Shown here: piece by piece, positions 30,972-39,450 of the stretch
Numbering within the stretch: position 1 is the first letter of the stretch
Layout: every line of letters starts with the position of its first letter
NCBI GenBank assembly: GCA_000999465.1
Contig: LCGB01000001.1
Location: 1-57,214, forward strand
DNA length: 57,214 nucleotides
DNA from: Candidatus Nomurabacteria bacterium GW2011_GWB1_43_19
Lineage (GTDB): Bacteria > Patescibacteriota > Minisyncoccia > Phycocordibacterales > UBA9973
Direction of reading: 5' to 3'
Translations under genes and position numbers: made by a program
The notes under the pieces: generated by a model
Seen by the model: the letters and a program-made list of their open reading frames with translations, nothing else
What the model was told of the DNA's origin: nothing
Database searches by the model: none

Positions 30972-32059
30972 AACTCGTCGAAGATACAACTTTTGGAGGG
31001 GGTTTGCCGAGCGACGGCGAGGCAACTTCAGGATTTTTTAATCTTCAAAAAATCCGTACCCAGAAAAAGTTTGTACCGAGAAAGAGTTTAGGGCAAAATT
31101 TTTTAAAATCGGAACCGGCTTTAAAAAAAATTATTGAGGCGGGAGAAGTAAAAAAGGACGATATAATTTTGGAAATCGGACCGGGCAGGGGCAAGCTGAC
31201 GGAAAAACTTTTGGAGCGCGCCGGGCTCGTCATCGCCGTGGAAAAAGACCGCGAACTTTTTGAGTTTTTGAAAACAAAGTTTGAGAAAGAAATAGAAACA
31301 AATGCTTTTGTGTTAATTCATGGGGACGTATTGAATTTTGATGTTCGCGAAACAATTCTCAAATTTTTCTCAGGTCCTCGGATTTCCGGGTCCCTATCCC
31401 GGCCAGACCATTCGAAAAATTTAGAATTGCTTCGCTATAAAATCATCGCCAACATTCCTTACAACATTACCGGAGCGATACTTAGAAAGTTTTTGTCCGC
31501 CAAAGGCGGATCCGCCTCGGGCGGAAAAAAATTTCTGACCGCCCGGAACCAGCCGGAGCGGATGGTGTTGATGGTCCAGAAAGAGGTGGCTGAAAGAATT
31601 CTTGGCAGGAGAGAAAATATTTCATACTCAAAACCTAGCCATGGCAGAAAATTGGGTAAGGAAAGTATATTATCTATTTCCGTCAAGGCCTACGGGGAGC
31701 CCAAAATGATAATGAAAGTGCCGGCGCGATATTTCTCCCCGACGCCGCAAGTAGACTCGGCGGTGATTTTGATAAAAAATATTTCTAGGAAAAATTTTGA
31801 AATCCCAGCCCAGCCCTCCCCAAAGGAGAGGGAGAGATTTGGAGCCTCCCCTTTTGGGGGAGGTATGGAGGGGGTAAATGAAGAAAGATTCTGGAAAATA
31901 GTAAAAGCGGGCTTTGCGCACAAGAGAAAAAAACTCTCCGGCAACCTGAAAAACCTTGTTTCTTTGGAAAAAACGAACTTGGCGGTTTTTAAAGACAAAA
32001 GGGCGGAGGATTTATCCCTTACGGACTGGATTTTACTGGCCCGCACACCTAATTTATAA
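30968..32059 (+). CDS. rsmA: 16S rRNA (adenine1518/1519-N6)-dimethyltransferase RsmA/KsgA, expanded by repeat insertions
   Basis: SLGQNFL, LEIGPGRGKLT, IIANIPYNITG and a C-terminal helical domain. It is 363 aa (family members I recall are ~260-290 aa). ATGA overlaps the pcrA stop. Confidence 0.85.
   Translation: MKLVEDTTFGGGLPSDGEATSGFFNLQKIRTQKKFVPRKSLGQNFLKSEPALKKIIEAGEVKKDDIILEIGPGRGKLTEKLLERAGLVIAVEKDRELFEFLKTKFEKEIETNAFVLIHGDVLNFDVRETILKFFSGPRISGSLSRPDHSKNLELLRYKIIANIPYNITGAILRKFLSAKGGSASGGKKFLTARNQPERMVLMVQKEVAERILGRRENISYSKPSHGRKLGKESILSISVKAYGEPKMIMKVPARYFSPTPQVDSAVILIKNISRKNFEIPAQPSPKERERFGASPFGGGMEGVNEERFWKIVKAGFAHKRKKLSGNLKNLVSLEKTNLAVFKDKRAEDLSLTDWILLARTPNL
30990..31069. repeat. 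80-nt two-hairpin module, copy B (inside the rsmA 5' coding region)
   Basis: 67/80 identical to 1865-1944. The hairpin GGATTTTTT-7nt-AAAAAATCC is conserved, and the first hairpin differs by paired substitutions. Confidence 0.75.
31497..31524. repeat. GGATCC-centred double-hairpin element, copy inside rsmA
   Basis: CCGCCAAAGGCGGATCCGCCTCGGGCGG encodes SAKGGSASGGKK. It is 28/28 identical to the pnp copy in gene sense. Confidence 0.85.
31814..31863. repeat. CCCTC/GAGGG + CCTCCCC/GGGGAGG double hairpin inside rsmA
   Basis: CCCTCCCCAAAGGAGAGGG then CCTCCCC-TTTT-GGGGGAGG. It encodes PSPKERERFGASPFGGGMEG. Confidence 0.65.
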
Positions 32060-32220
32060 TTGCGCTTAAAGCGCGTTATAAAACCATCATAAAATAGGTG
32101 TGTGGGCTGGCTGGACAGAAATAAATAGGGTATAATTATCCCATAACTAAATTAGATTGGTTAAAACACAAAAGAACGCTTTGGATTGCTTTTGCGATAG
32201 TTTTTCTTGTTGCGCTTTTT

Positions 32221-33075
32221 TTGTCAAAAACTTCATCGGTATTTAAAAATATAACAAACCCAGAATTGAATAATAATGAAAATCAAGGGCTGGTTTACAG
32301 TAATGCCTTAATAGGAGACCTGGTAAACATGGATACGGACGGGGACGGAGTGCTGGACTGGGAAGAATCTTTGTGGGGAACCGACCCGACCAAAAGAAAC
32401 ACCAACGATGACGGGACATCGGACTTTGTTGAAATAGAGAAGTTGAAAGCCGCGCAGGGCATAAGCGAACCAACCTGGTCGGAGCAAAATAACGAAAATT
32501 TGACGGAAACGGATAAATTTTCCAGAGAATTTTTCTCTACTGTTGTCGCCTTAAATCAGGCCGGAGTAATAGATGCAGCTACCGTGGACAAACTAGGAAG
32601 TACTCTCGCGGATGAAGTTAGTAATTCTGTACCGAGAAAAGTTTTCGCCATAAAAGATTTCAAGACGTCCGGCGATGACAAAAACTCCATCCAGATTTAT
32701 GGAAATGCCTTGGCTTCTATTTTTAATAAACACGCTATAAATATCAACGCGGGCGACATATTAGAAGAAGCTATAACCGAAGACGGGGAAATTGATGTGG
32801 AAGTTTTAAACAAGCTTGATCCTATCATTAAAAATTTTAATGGAATTATAAATGAGATGTCTAAAATAAATGTTCCACCATACTTTTTATCAGTCCATCT
32901 CCAGACCATAAATGGGCTTGAAAAGATAGCTGAAAATCTGGCCGACATAAAATTAATTGATAAAGACCCTTTGGCCGCTATGAGCGCCATGAGTCAATAT
33001 CCTAAAAATAATGAGGAGCTTCAAAGTTATATTGACACGCTGAATCAAAAAGGGGTGGAAAAATTGGGAAATTAA
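32221..33075 (+). CDS. Hypothetical protein with a thrombospondin-type-3-like Ca-binding motif, first gene of the T4SS-like cluster (start unresolved)
   Basis: Contains DTDGDGVLDWEE and TNDDGTSD. The frame stays open upstream to 32125 through a TM-like segment (TLWIAFAIVFLVALFL) with no ATG/GTG/TTG. Confidence 0.5.
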   Translation: MSKTSSVFKNITNPELNNNENQGLVYSNALIGDLVNMDTDGDGVLDWEESLWGTDPTKRNTNDDGTSDFVEIEKLKAAQGISEPTWSEQNNENLTETDKFSREFFSTVVALNQAGVIDAATVDKLGSTLADEVSNSVPRKVFAIKDFKTSGDDKNSIQIYGNALASIFNKHAININAGDILEEAITEDGEIDVEVLNKLDPIIKNFNGIINEMSKINVPPYFLSVHLQTINGLEKIAENLADIKLIDKDPLAAMSAMSQYPKNNEELQSYIDTLNQKGVEKLGN

Positions 33076-33088
33076 AAATAATAATCAA

Positions 33089-34576
33089 ATGATTTTTAAA
33101 AATAAAAGAATACAAAAATTTGTCTCCGGCCTGATGATTCTTTCCGTGTTGATTCCAGCCGTATTTATATCTGCCACCCCCAGGCAAGCCGAGGCCACCG
33201 GCTGGCCGGTAATAGATTTAGCCAATTTGGGTGCACAACTTAAGAAGATAGCTATAGAAATCGTCAAGCAGTACATGATACATATAGCCAGGAGTTTATT
33301 ACAACAAATGACCCAAAATACCGTTAATTGGATTAACAGCGGCTTTCACGGGAATCCGCTTTATCTGGAAAATCCCGATTCTTTCTTTAAAGACATAGCA
33401 AAATATGAAATTAGGAACTTGGTGGATATGTTCGGCTATGACCAGTTAAGATATCCCTTCGGTAAAGATTTTGCTTTAAACGCAATAGGCGCTTATCAAA
33501 GACAACTGGCTGACAATACCCAGTACAGTTTGAGTAAGGTTATTAACGATCCTATTTTTTTGGATAGTTTTAGAAACGACTTCAATGTCGGCGGATGGAA
33601 CGGCTTTTTGATTAATACGCAGTATCAACAAAATAATTATCTGGGGTTCCAGATGCTCGCAACCGAAGAATTGGCCAGACGCGTCCAGGGAACGAGCCAA
33701 ACCGCTACGCAAAAAGTGCAGACAACCTTACAGCAAGGGATGGGATTTTTGTCGCCAAAAACTTGTCCATCAAATCCCCTCTACAACAACGGTAAAAATG
33801 AATTTCTGCAGCCGAGTTTCAACTATAACCAATATCTAAAAGATCACCCATACGATTTTGAGGCGGCAAAAAAAAGTCCAACTTACGACATACTATATAG
33901 TGCCGGTATACAAGCCGCGGAACACGTCTGGAAACAAAAAAATACCTGCCCGGGCGGCCTAGTGGCTACCACTCCGGGTTCGGTGGTAGCCGGCACAATA
34001 ATGGAGGCGCTGGGTTCAAATACCCGTCAGGCAGAGCTTGGTACTGTTTCAGGTTCTATACAGGCAAGTATTGCAACTATTTTGGATGCCTTCTTAAATC
34101 ATTTCCTGCAAAAAGGATTAAATGCTTTGGGTAATAAAATTTATCCGCCCCAGGAAGACCAGACCCTGGATGACTTTATTTTCTTTGGTGATATGATAAA
34201 TACTGTTGGCGATGACATAGATACAAGCGTAACCCCGCTACCGGGTGACGGTATGCAACCACTATCTCTCCTTTCGGATGTTCAAGCCGAACGGGCAAAA
34301 TACGGAGCGATTGTACAAGACGCCGAACTGGGGGCGCTGTTAAATGCGGTGGCATGGAAAAATCGTGATGCGGGATGGGGTTTATCTCGCAAGGATTTTG
34401 GAGAACAATGCTCATCTCCGGTCGGACAGATTGCTTGTGATATCCTCTACCACAAACCGTCAAATACTATTTTTGACGTATTGTATGCCGCCGGTGAAGT
34501 ATCAACGCCAACATGGGACGCCCTCGGTCAAAATACCGACACAAGACGCCCTTGGGTGGCGCCGGTTCAACCATAA
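33089..34576 (+). CDS. Secreted hypothetical protein (signal peptide), T4SS-like cluster
   Basis: 495 aa with N-terminal LMILSVLIPAVFISATPRQAEA. The following WPVIDLANLGAQLKK...Q-rich helix is only weakly reminiscent of VirB5/TrbJ. Confidence 0.5.
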   Translation: MIFKNKRIQKFVSGLMILSVLIPAVFISATPRQAEATGWPVIDLANLGAQLKKIAIEIVKQYMIHIARSLLQQMTQNTVNWINSGFHGNPLYLENPDSFFKDIAKYEIRNLVDMFGYDQLRYPFGKDFALNAIGAYQRQLADNTQYSLSKVINDPIFLDSFRNDFNVGGWNGFLINTQYQQNNYLGFQMLATEELARRVQGTSQTATQKVQTTLQQGMGFLSPKTCPSNPLYNNGKNEFLQPSFNYNQYLKDHPYDFEAAKKSPTYDILYSAGIQAAEHVWKQKNTCPGGLVATTPGSVVAGTIMEALGSNTRQAELGTVSGSIQASIATILDAFLNHFLQKGLNALGNKIYPPQEDQTLDDFIFFGDMINTVGDDIDTSVTPLPGDGMQPLSLLSDVQAERAKYGAIVQDAELGALLNAVAWKNRDAGWGLSRKDFGEQCSSPVGQIACDILYHKPSNTIFDVLYAAGEVSTPTWDALGQNTDTRRPWVAPVQP

Positions 34577-34605
34577 AATATGAAAAAGTTTCTGCCTTAC
34601 ATTCT

Positions 34606-34711
34606 TGTCCCGTACTAAATTTTTGATTAAGTTATATAAAAATGAAAAAGGTTATAAAAGAAAAAAGTAAATCAAGAATAAAAACTAAAAGTAAAATTTT
34701 AGTACTGGGAT
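34606..34711. repeat. Inverted-repeat pair (24-mer + 20-mer), copy 2, bracketing the start of the VirB6-like gene
   Basis: TGTCCCGTACTAAATTTTTGATTA (34606-34629) and TAAAATTTTAGTACTGGGAT (34692-34711). The right arm lies in the signal-anchor codons KILVLG. Confidence 0.7.
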
Positions 34712-36990
34712 TAATACTGATAATCGCAGCCGGATTTTTTATCTCGGTACAAAATGTAAGCGCGCAAGAAGTAAAAAGGGCTTGCTATGATGGAGATTTT
34801 TTCTTTGTTTCAGGAGTCACAGATGAGACAGATTGCAAAAGCAGGGGCGCTGACCATCATTGGTGGACTTCGGCAGAAGCTGCGGCCGCTTTAACGGCTT
34901 CACGACAACGAGACCCTTCAAAGAAAATGTGTTTTGACTCAAAGGGATTTTCTACCAGCGCCACAACTGAAACAGAATGTTTAACTCCCGCGGGAAATGG
35001 AAATGTCTGGAGGACGGCGGCAGAACAAGCAGCGGCAAATGCGACAATATCAGCTAACCAGTCGCCATTTGACGCAGCAGTAAATCTTTCCAAGAACTCA
35101 TGCAATGTCACCCCCGTTGGTGGGGGCAGTTTTGTAGGATGCATATTGCAGTTCGTTTATTGGACTTTCTATACACTTGGAGCTTGGTTGCTGGCTATCG
35201 CTGCTTCTTTTTTCAACTACTTCATAAAAATCACCCTGGGCCCCGAGCTACTCAAGTCGGATTTCGTCTCCCATGCCTGGGGAGTGGTGCGGGACCTTTC
35301 AAATATTTTCTTCATTCTCATCCTGCTTTTTATAGCCATCAAAATTATTCTAGATCTAGGTGGAAGTGAGGCAAAAAAAATGATAGCCAAGGTTATAATC
35401 ATCGCCTTGCTCATAAACTTTTCCATGTTTTTCACCCACATGGTCATTGATTCTTCAAATATCTTGGCATTAATTTTTTACAATAAGCTTAATACGGTTG
35501 ATGAAAAAAATCCCAACAAGGCGGAACAGCTGATTGATTATGCCACTGGACAAAAAGACCTGGCCGGGGGACTGACCCAATCTTTCAACCCGGTATATAA
35601 ACTGGATAACAAATTCTTCACCGAGGCCAAAGAAATAAGAATACCGGGACGGCCCCCCATAAAGGAGCCGGTTTCAACTGGCACCTTGATCGGAATCACT
35701 GTGATAGCCGGAGCGATTATGCTCTTTGCCGCCTACGCTTTATTTATTTCAGCTTTGGCTTTTCTAGGCCGGTTGATTGAACTTTTTGTATTAATCATTT
35801 TTTCGCCCTTTGCTTTTATGTCTTTTGCCGTACCAAAACTAGCTGGTATTGAATACTTGGGGTGGGGGGCTTGGTCTAAGCGCCTGCTTACGGTGTCATT
35901 TATGGCGCCGATTTTCATGTTTTTCCTTTACTTCATATTCTTATTGCTGGGGGAAAGCGAAGGGAAAAACATGTTTACCGACTCCCTAAAGGGAGAAGGG
36001 ATGGTGCGGACACTTTTGAGTATAATAATTCCGGCCATGGTGGTTTTGATTCTGCTTCTGAAGGCAACTGAATTCGCCAAAAAGGGCTCTGGGACGTTCG
36101 GGGAAGCTATTATAAAAGGAGGAAAAATGGTGGCGGGTGTTGCCGGAGGGCTTGCCTTGGGAGCCGCGACCGGCGGAGCAGGGTTCGCGCTCAGGGCCGG
36201 AATTGGAGGCGTAGGGGGAACCCTTGCTAATAAAACAGCTTCGGGGGTAAACTGGCTCGCGAAGAAAGATAGTTGGATAGGCAAGGGAGCAAGAGGATTG
36301 GGAGCCAATAGGATTGCCAGCGGGCTGACATATGCGGGCGCATTGGCGCAAAGGAGCAGTTTTGACCTTCGCGCCGGTGGCGGATTGGCTAGAATGACTG
36401 GCCTTAATATCGGCCAGGCACAGAAGGGCGGAAGAGAACAAGCAAGGAAAGATAAAGTGGAAAAAAGACAAAAGAGGGCAAATATGCTCAAGGTTAGAGA
36501 TGATGAAAGTATAAGCAAAAAGATAAGAGCTAAGGAAATGGACTTGCAAGTAATGTTAAATAAGGTTGCCGGAGATTTTCATACATTAGATGAAGCAATA
36601 AAAGATAAAAGACAAGACAAAAGAGACGAAACAGACCCAGTAGAAAAAAGAAGGATTACCAATGAAATTAAAGAACTATTAGCTGTAAAAAAGACTATAA
36701 AATCAGGAGGGGTGGCAACTCTGGCCGCGGGGAAACTGGGCGCTGGCTCTGCCGCAAGAACCTTTACGGGGCCAACACAGAATGGTGAAACTATCAAAAG
36801 TTTGTCAAATTCTAATAATGGCATAATCACAGAACTAAAAAACAAAAAAGAACTTGAGAGCAGGAGAAGGACGACTGCTTTTGCTAAAAGAACAGGAAGA
36901 TGGTACAAGGGATCGGCCAACAAACAAGCAAAGTATGAAATAATTATGGAGTCAAAAATAGCAACTCCAGGGGAAGACCATTCAACATAA
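34642..36990 (+). CDS. Polytopic membrane protein, VirB6/TrbL-like
   Basis: 782 aa: signal anchor, Cys-rich extracytoplasmic domain, at least 6 TM helices, a Gly-rich segment and a charged C-terminal tail. The assignment rests on architecture and its position next to VirB4. Confidence 0.5.
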   Translation: MKKVIKEKSKSRIKTKSKILVLGLILIIAAGFFISVQNVSAQEVKRACYDGDFFFVSGVTDETDCKSRGADHHWWTSAEAAAALTASRQRDPSKKMCFDSKGFSTSATTETECLTPAGNGNVWRTAAEQAAANATISANQSPFDAAVNLSKNSCNVTPVGGGSFVGCILQFVYWTFYTLGAWLLAIAASFFNYFIKITLGPELLKSDFVSHAWGVVRDLSNIFFILILLFIAIKIILDLGGSEAKKMIAKVIIIALLINFSMFFTHMVIDSSNILALIFYNKLNTVDEKNPNKAEQLIDYATGQKDLAGGLTQSFNPVYKLDNKFFTEAKEIRIPGRPPIKEPVSTGTLIGITVIAGAIMLFAAYALFISALAFLGRLIELFVLIIFSPFAFMSFAVPKLAGIEYLGWGAWSKRLLTVSFMAPIFMFFLYFIFLLLGESEGKNMFTDSLKGEGMVRTLLSIIIPAMVVLILLLKATEFAKKGSGTFGEAIIKGGKMVAGVAGGLALGAATGGAGFALRAGIGGVGGTLANKTASGVNWLAKKDSWIGKGARGLGANRIASGLTYAGALAQRSSFDLRAGGGLARMTGLNIGQAQKGGREQARKDKVEKRQKRANMLKVRDDESISKKIRAKEMDLQVMLNKVAGDFHTLDEAIKDKRQDKRDETDPVEKRRITNEIKELLAVKKTIKSGGVATLAAGKLGAGSAARTFTGPTQNGETIKSLSNSNNGIITELKNKKELESRRRTTAFAKRTGRWYKGSANKQAKYEIIMESKIATPGEDHST

Positions 36991-36994
36991 ATTT

Positions 36995-37555
36995 ATGATA
37001 ACTGAAAAATCAAAAGCAATTATAAAAGAAGAAATGTTGGCCCTGCCAAAAGAAGTACGGGAAGCCGTTGAACTTTCTAATTGGGAAAAAATATCTGAAG
37101 AAATCGGCAAGAAATACCTGCTGGATGAAGATGAAATAGAGACCTTGCAGTTGGAAACGGCTTCTTTCCTGCTCGGCTTGGTAGACGAGGACGCATACCC
37201 GAGAGATATTGAAGACGAGGTGGGCACCAGCCGGGAAGAGGCCGAAAAAATATCCGGGGAAATCTTTGAAAAGATATTTGAGCCGATAGACAGCGCGATA
37301 ACTGAAAATATAAAAAGGAGCGGAAAAGATAAAAGCCCGAAGCCGGACCAAACGATTGATTTCATTCTCTCCGGCGGAGATTATTCCAATTTTCTGGAAG
37401 AGAGGGAAACACAGACCCCCTCTGGCTCCCCCTTAGTAGGGGGAGAGGAATCCTCCCGCCCTACGAAGAGAGGGGTTGGGGAGGGTCAAAATCAAACAAA
37501 TGCGCCGGTCAAACCACGGACAATCACGGACATAAAAAGCAAATTCACCGTATAA
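36995..37555 (+). CDS. Acidic hypothetical protein (paralogue of 37595-38281)
   Basis: 186 aa sharing LQLETASFLLGLVDEDAYPRDIE...EEAEKISGEIFEKIF with the next ORF (EIETELLLCGLVSSQDYPKELE...AEANELVVEMNKEVF). Confidence 0.55.
   Translation: MITEKSKAIIKEEMLALPKEVREAVELSNWEKISEEIGKKYLLDEDEIETLQLETASFLLGLVDEDAYPRDIEDEVGTSREEAEKISGEIFEKIFEPIDSAITENIKRSGKDKSPKPDQTIDFILSGGDYSNFLEERETQTPSGSPLVGGEESSRPTKRGVGEGQNQTNAPVKPRTITDIKSKFTV
37426..37484. repeat. CTCCCCC/GGGGGAG + CCTCCC/GGGAGG double hairpin inside the 36995 ORF
   Basis: CTCCCCC-TTAGTA-GGGGGAG then CCTCCCGCCCT-ACGAAGAG-AGGGGTTGGGGAGG. It encodes GSPLVGGEESSRPTKRGVGEG. Confidence 0.65.
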
Positions 37556-37594
37556 TATTGTAGTTATAAAGTTCATAAAGTAAAAAACAAAAAA

Positions 37595-38281
37595 ATGCAG
37601 GATACAATAGATTTATTGCAAATAAAAATTGAGAGGGCTAAAGCGCAGTTGTCCGAAGACACGCTTGGTGCCATTGCCACCGTTCCGTGGCAAGCGGCTA
37701 TTCTTAAAATGAGAGAAACAAAGGGATACAGCTTTGAGCAACTAAATGATTTGGAGATTGAAACGGAACTCTTGCTTTGCGGGCTTGTATCTTCCCAGGA
37801 TTACCCGAAGGAACTGGAAAATAGGATGAAAGTTTCCAGAGCGGAAGCGAACGAGTTGGTGGTGGAAATGAATAAGGAGGTTTTCTCAAAGATAAAGGAA
37901 GAATTGATTAAAATTACCGAACGAAAAAAAATGTCTGGGAAAAATTCTCCTCTTGAGGAGTACCCGGCAGGGAGAGGTGGACAGAATCCATCCACTCTGT
38001 CTCTACAAGCCACCCCTCAAGAGGGAAATAGACACGACACCACCAAAGAGGAAAAAACAAACACCCAAGTATTGAAATCAGCCGGGATTGAAATAACAAA
38101 CGGGAGAGAAAAAAGCGAAATACACCAGATATTGGCGCGAAAATTATCCGGTCCTTTCCAAATTCCATCGGTAAAAACCGAGCACACTTTGGAAAATATT
38201 ACAAAAACAGGTGTCTCATCTCCTGTAAACACGCAAACCGACAAGCCGCGCTTGGATCCTTATAGGGAAGTGCCTGAATAA
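37595..38281 (+). CDS. Hypothetical protein (paralogue of 36995-37555)
   Basis: 228 aa. The N-terminal half aligns with the previous ORF. The C-terminal half carries the inverted pair CCTCTTGAGG (37948) / CCTCAAGAGG (38012). Confidence 0.55.
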   Translation: MQDTIDLLQIKIERAKAQLSEDTLGAIATVPWQAAILKMRETKGYSFEQLNDLEIETELLLCGLVSSQDYPKELENRMKVSRAEANELVVEMNKEVFSKIKEELIKITERKKMSGKNSPLEEYPAGRGGQNPSTLSLQATPQEGNRHDTTKEEKTNTQVLKSAGIEITNGREKSEIHQILARKLSGPFQIPSVKTEHTLENITKTGVSSPVNTQTDKPRLDPYREVPE

Positions 38282-38285
38282 GAAT

Positions 38286-38714
38286 ATGCAATTCAAAGTT
38301 CCACAATTTTTAGACATAGAAGACAAAATTTTCGGCCCTTTTACTTTCAGGGAATTTGTTTATCTGGCGGGCGGGGCTGGGTTGTGCTTTATTATTTATA
38401 AATTGCTGGGGCTCATTCTGGGAACCATACCGATTCTGATTATTGCCGGTTTTTCTTTGTTGCTCACTTTTTACCGCCCCAATAATAAGCCCTTCGTTAA
38501 TATGATTGGGGCGGGATTCAAATATTTTACGCAAAACAAACTTTATATTTGGAAAAAGGACAAAGAGAAAGACAAAACGAAGCGGCCGCCCGCATCCAAG
38601 GATGAAATTAAAATCAGAATGATGTCGGAGGAAGGATTAAACGGGAGCAAACTTAGAGATTTGGCCTGGAGTTTGGATGTGCTTGATTTGAGTAGGCATA
38701 AAAATGAGTTATAA
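38286..38714 (+). CDS. PrgI-family / VirB3-like small membrane protein
   Basis: 142 aa. MQFKVPQFLDIEDKIFGPFTFREFVYLAGG followed by two TM helices is the PrgI-family pattern found next to Gram-positive VirB4 genes. Confidence 0.6.
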   Translation: MQFKVPQFLDIEDKIFGPFTFREFVYLAGGAGLCFIIYKLLGLILGTIPILIIAGFSLLLTFYRPNNKPFVNMIGAGFKYFTQNKLYIWKKDKEKDKTKRPPASKDEIKIRMMSEEGLNGSKLRDLAWSLDVLDLSRHKNEL

Positions 38715-38799
38715 AGTCATCAAGTAAAAAGTTTATCAAGTAAATATAATAAAAATTCAATGCAACTTTATAACTTTAAGAACTTTATAACTTTCAACT
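38708..38799. repeat. AT-rich imperfect palindrome of AAGTnATnAAGT units (site 4)
   Basis: GTTATAAAGTCATCAAGTAAAAAGTTTATCAAGTAAA faces CAACTTTATAACTTTAAGAACTTTATAACTTTCAACT. CAACTTTATAACTTT is shared with site 2. Confidence 0.55.
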
Positions 38800-38807
38800 A
38801 GACATTT

Positions 38808-39446
38808 ATGGCACTAAAAGCAAAAGCAACACAAGAATTTATACCGATTAAGGAGGTACGGGATGGAGTCGTCGTGCTAAAAAACGGCGACCTGCGCGCC
38901 ATCGTGTTGGCCAACTCAATAAATCTCTCCCTGAAATCTATCGACGAACAGAAAGCCACCATAATGGAATTCCAGAATTTCCTCAACACACTTGATTTTT
39001 CCGTGCAAATATCGGTCCAATCCAGAAAGCTGGATATTCGACCCTACCTTTTGCTTCTGGAAGACAGAATTAAGGTGCAAAACGAGCCCTTGCTTAAACT
39101 ACAAACCAGGGAATACATAGAATTCATCAGAAATTTTACCGAATCGGTCAGCATAATGACAAAAAGTTTCTTTGTGGTGGTCCCTTACACGCACACCATC
39201 TTGAAGTCGGATTCCGGAATATTTGGGAGGATGTTTTCCGGAAAAAGTAAGGAAGAGGCGCGGCTGGCAAAACAGGTGGACTTTGAAGAAAAGAGGTCGC
39301 AGTTGGAAGAAAGAGTGTTGGTCATCCAGCAAGGACTCGGGCGCTGTGGCATCAATTCGGCCCAGCTGGGCACTGAGGAAGTCGTGGAAGTGTTTTATAA
39401 GGTCTTCAATCCGGGGGCGGTAGAAGGAAAGATAAGGTTGGAATAA
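38808..39446 (+). CDS. Stand-alone protein resembling a Firmicutes-type VirB4 N-terminal domain
   Basis: 212 aa. ATQEFIPIKEVRDGVVVLKNGDLRAIVLANSINLSLKSIDEQKATIMEFQNFLNTLDFSVQISVQS matches the N-terminal pattern of TrsE/TcpF-type VirB4 as I recall it. Confidence 0.4.
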   Translation: MALKAKATQEFIPIKEVRDGVVVLKNGDLRAIVLANSINLSLKSIDEQKATIMEFQNFLNTLDFSVQISVQSRKLDIRPYLLLLEDRIKVQNEPLLKLQTREYIEFIRNFTESVSIMTKSFFVVVPYTHTILKSDSGIFGRMFSGKSKEEARLAKQVDFEEKRSQLEERVLVIQQGLGRCGINSAQLGTEEVVEVFYKVFNPGAVEGKIRLE

Positions 39447-39450
39447 ATAT

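Noticed and set aside
6472-31524. Whether the recurring GC-rich palindromes are a CRISPR array or CRISPR remnants.
   Set aside because: The copies are tens of kb apart and lie inside unrelated genes. There is no regular repeat-spacer periodicity and no cas genes in the window.
32060-32080. GCGCTTAAAGCGC after rsmA as an intrinsic terminator.
   Set aside because: The stem is only 4-6 bp and no T-run follows, so it is too weak to call.
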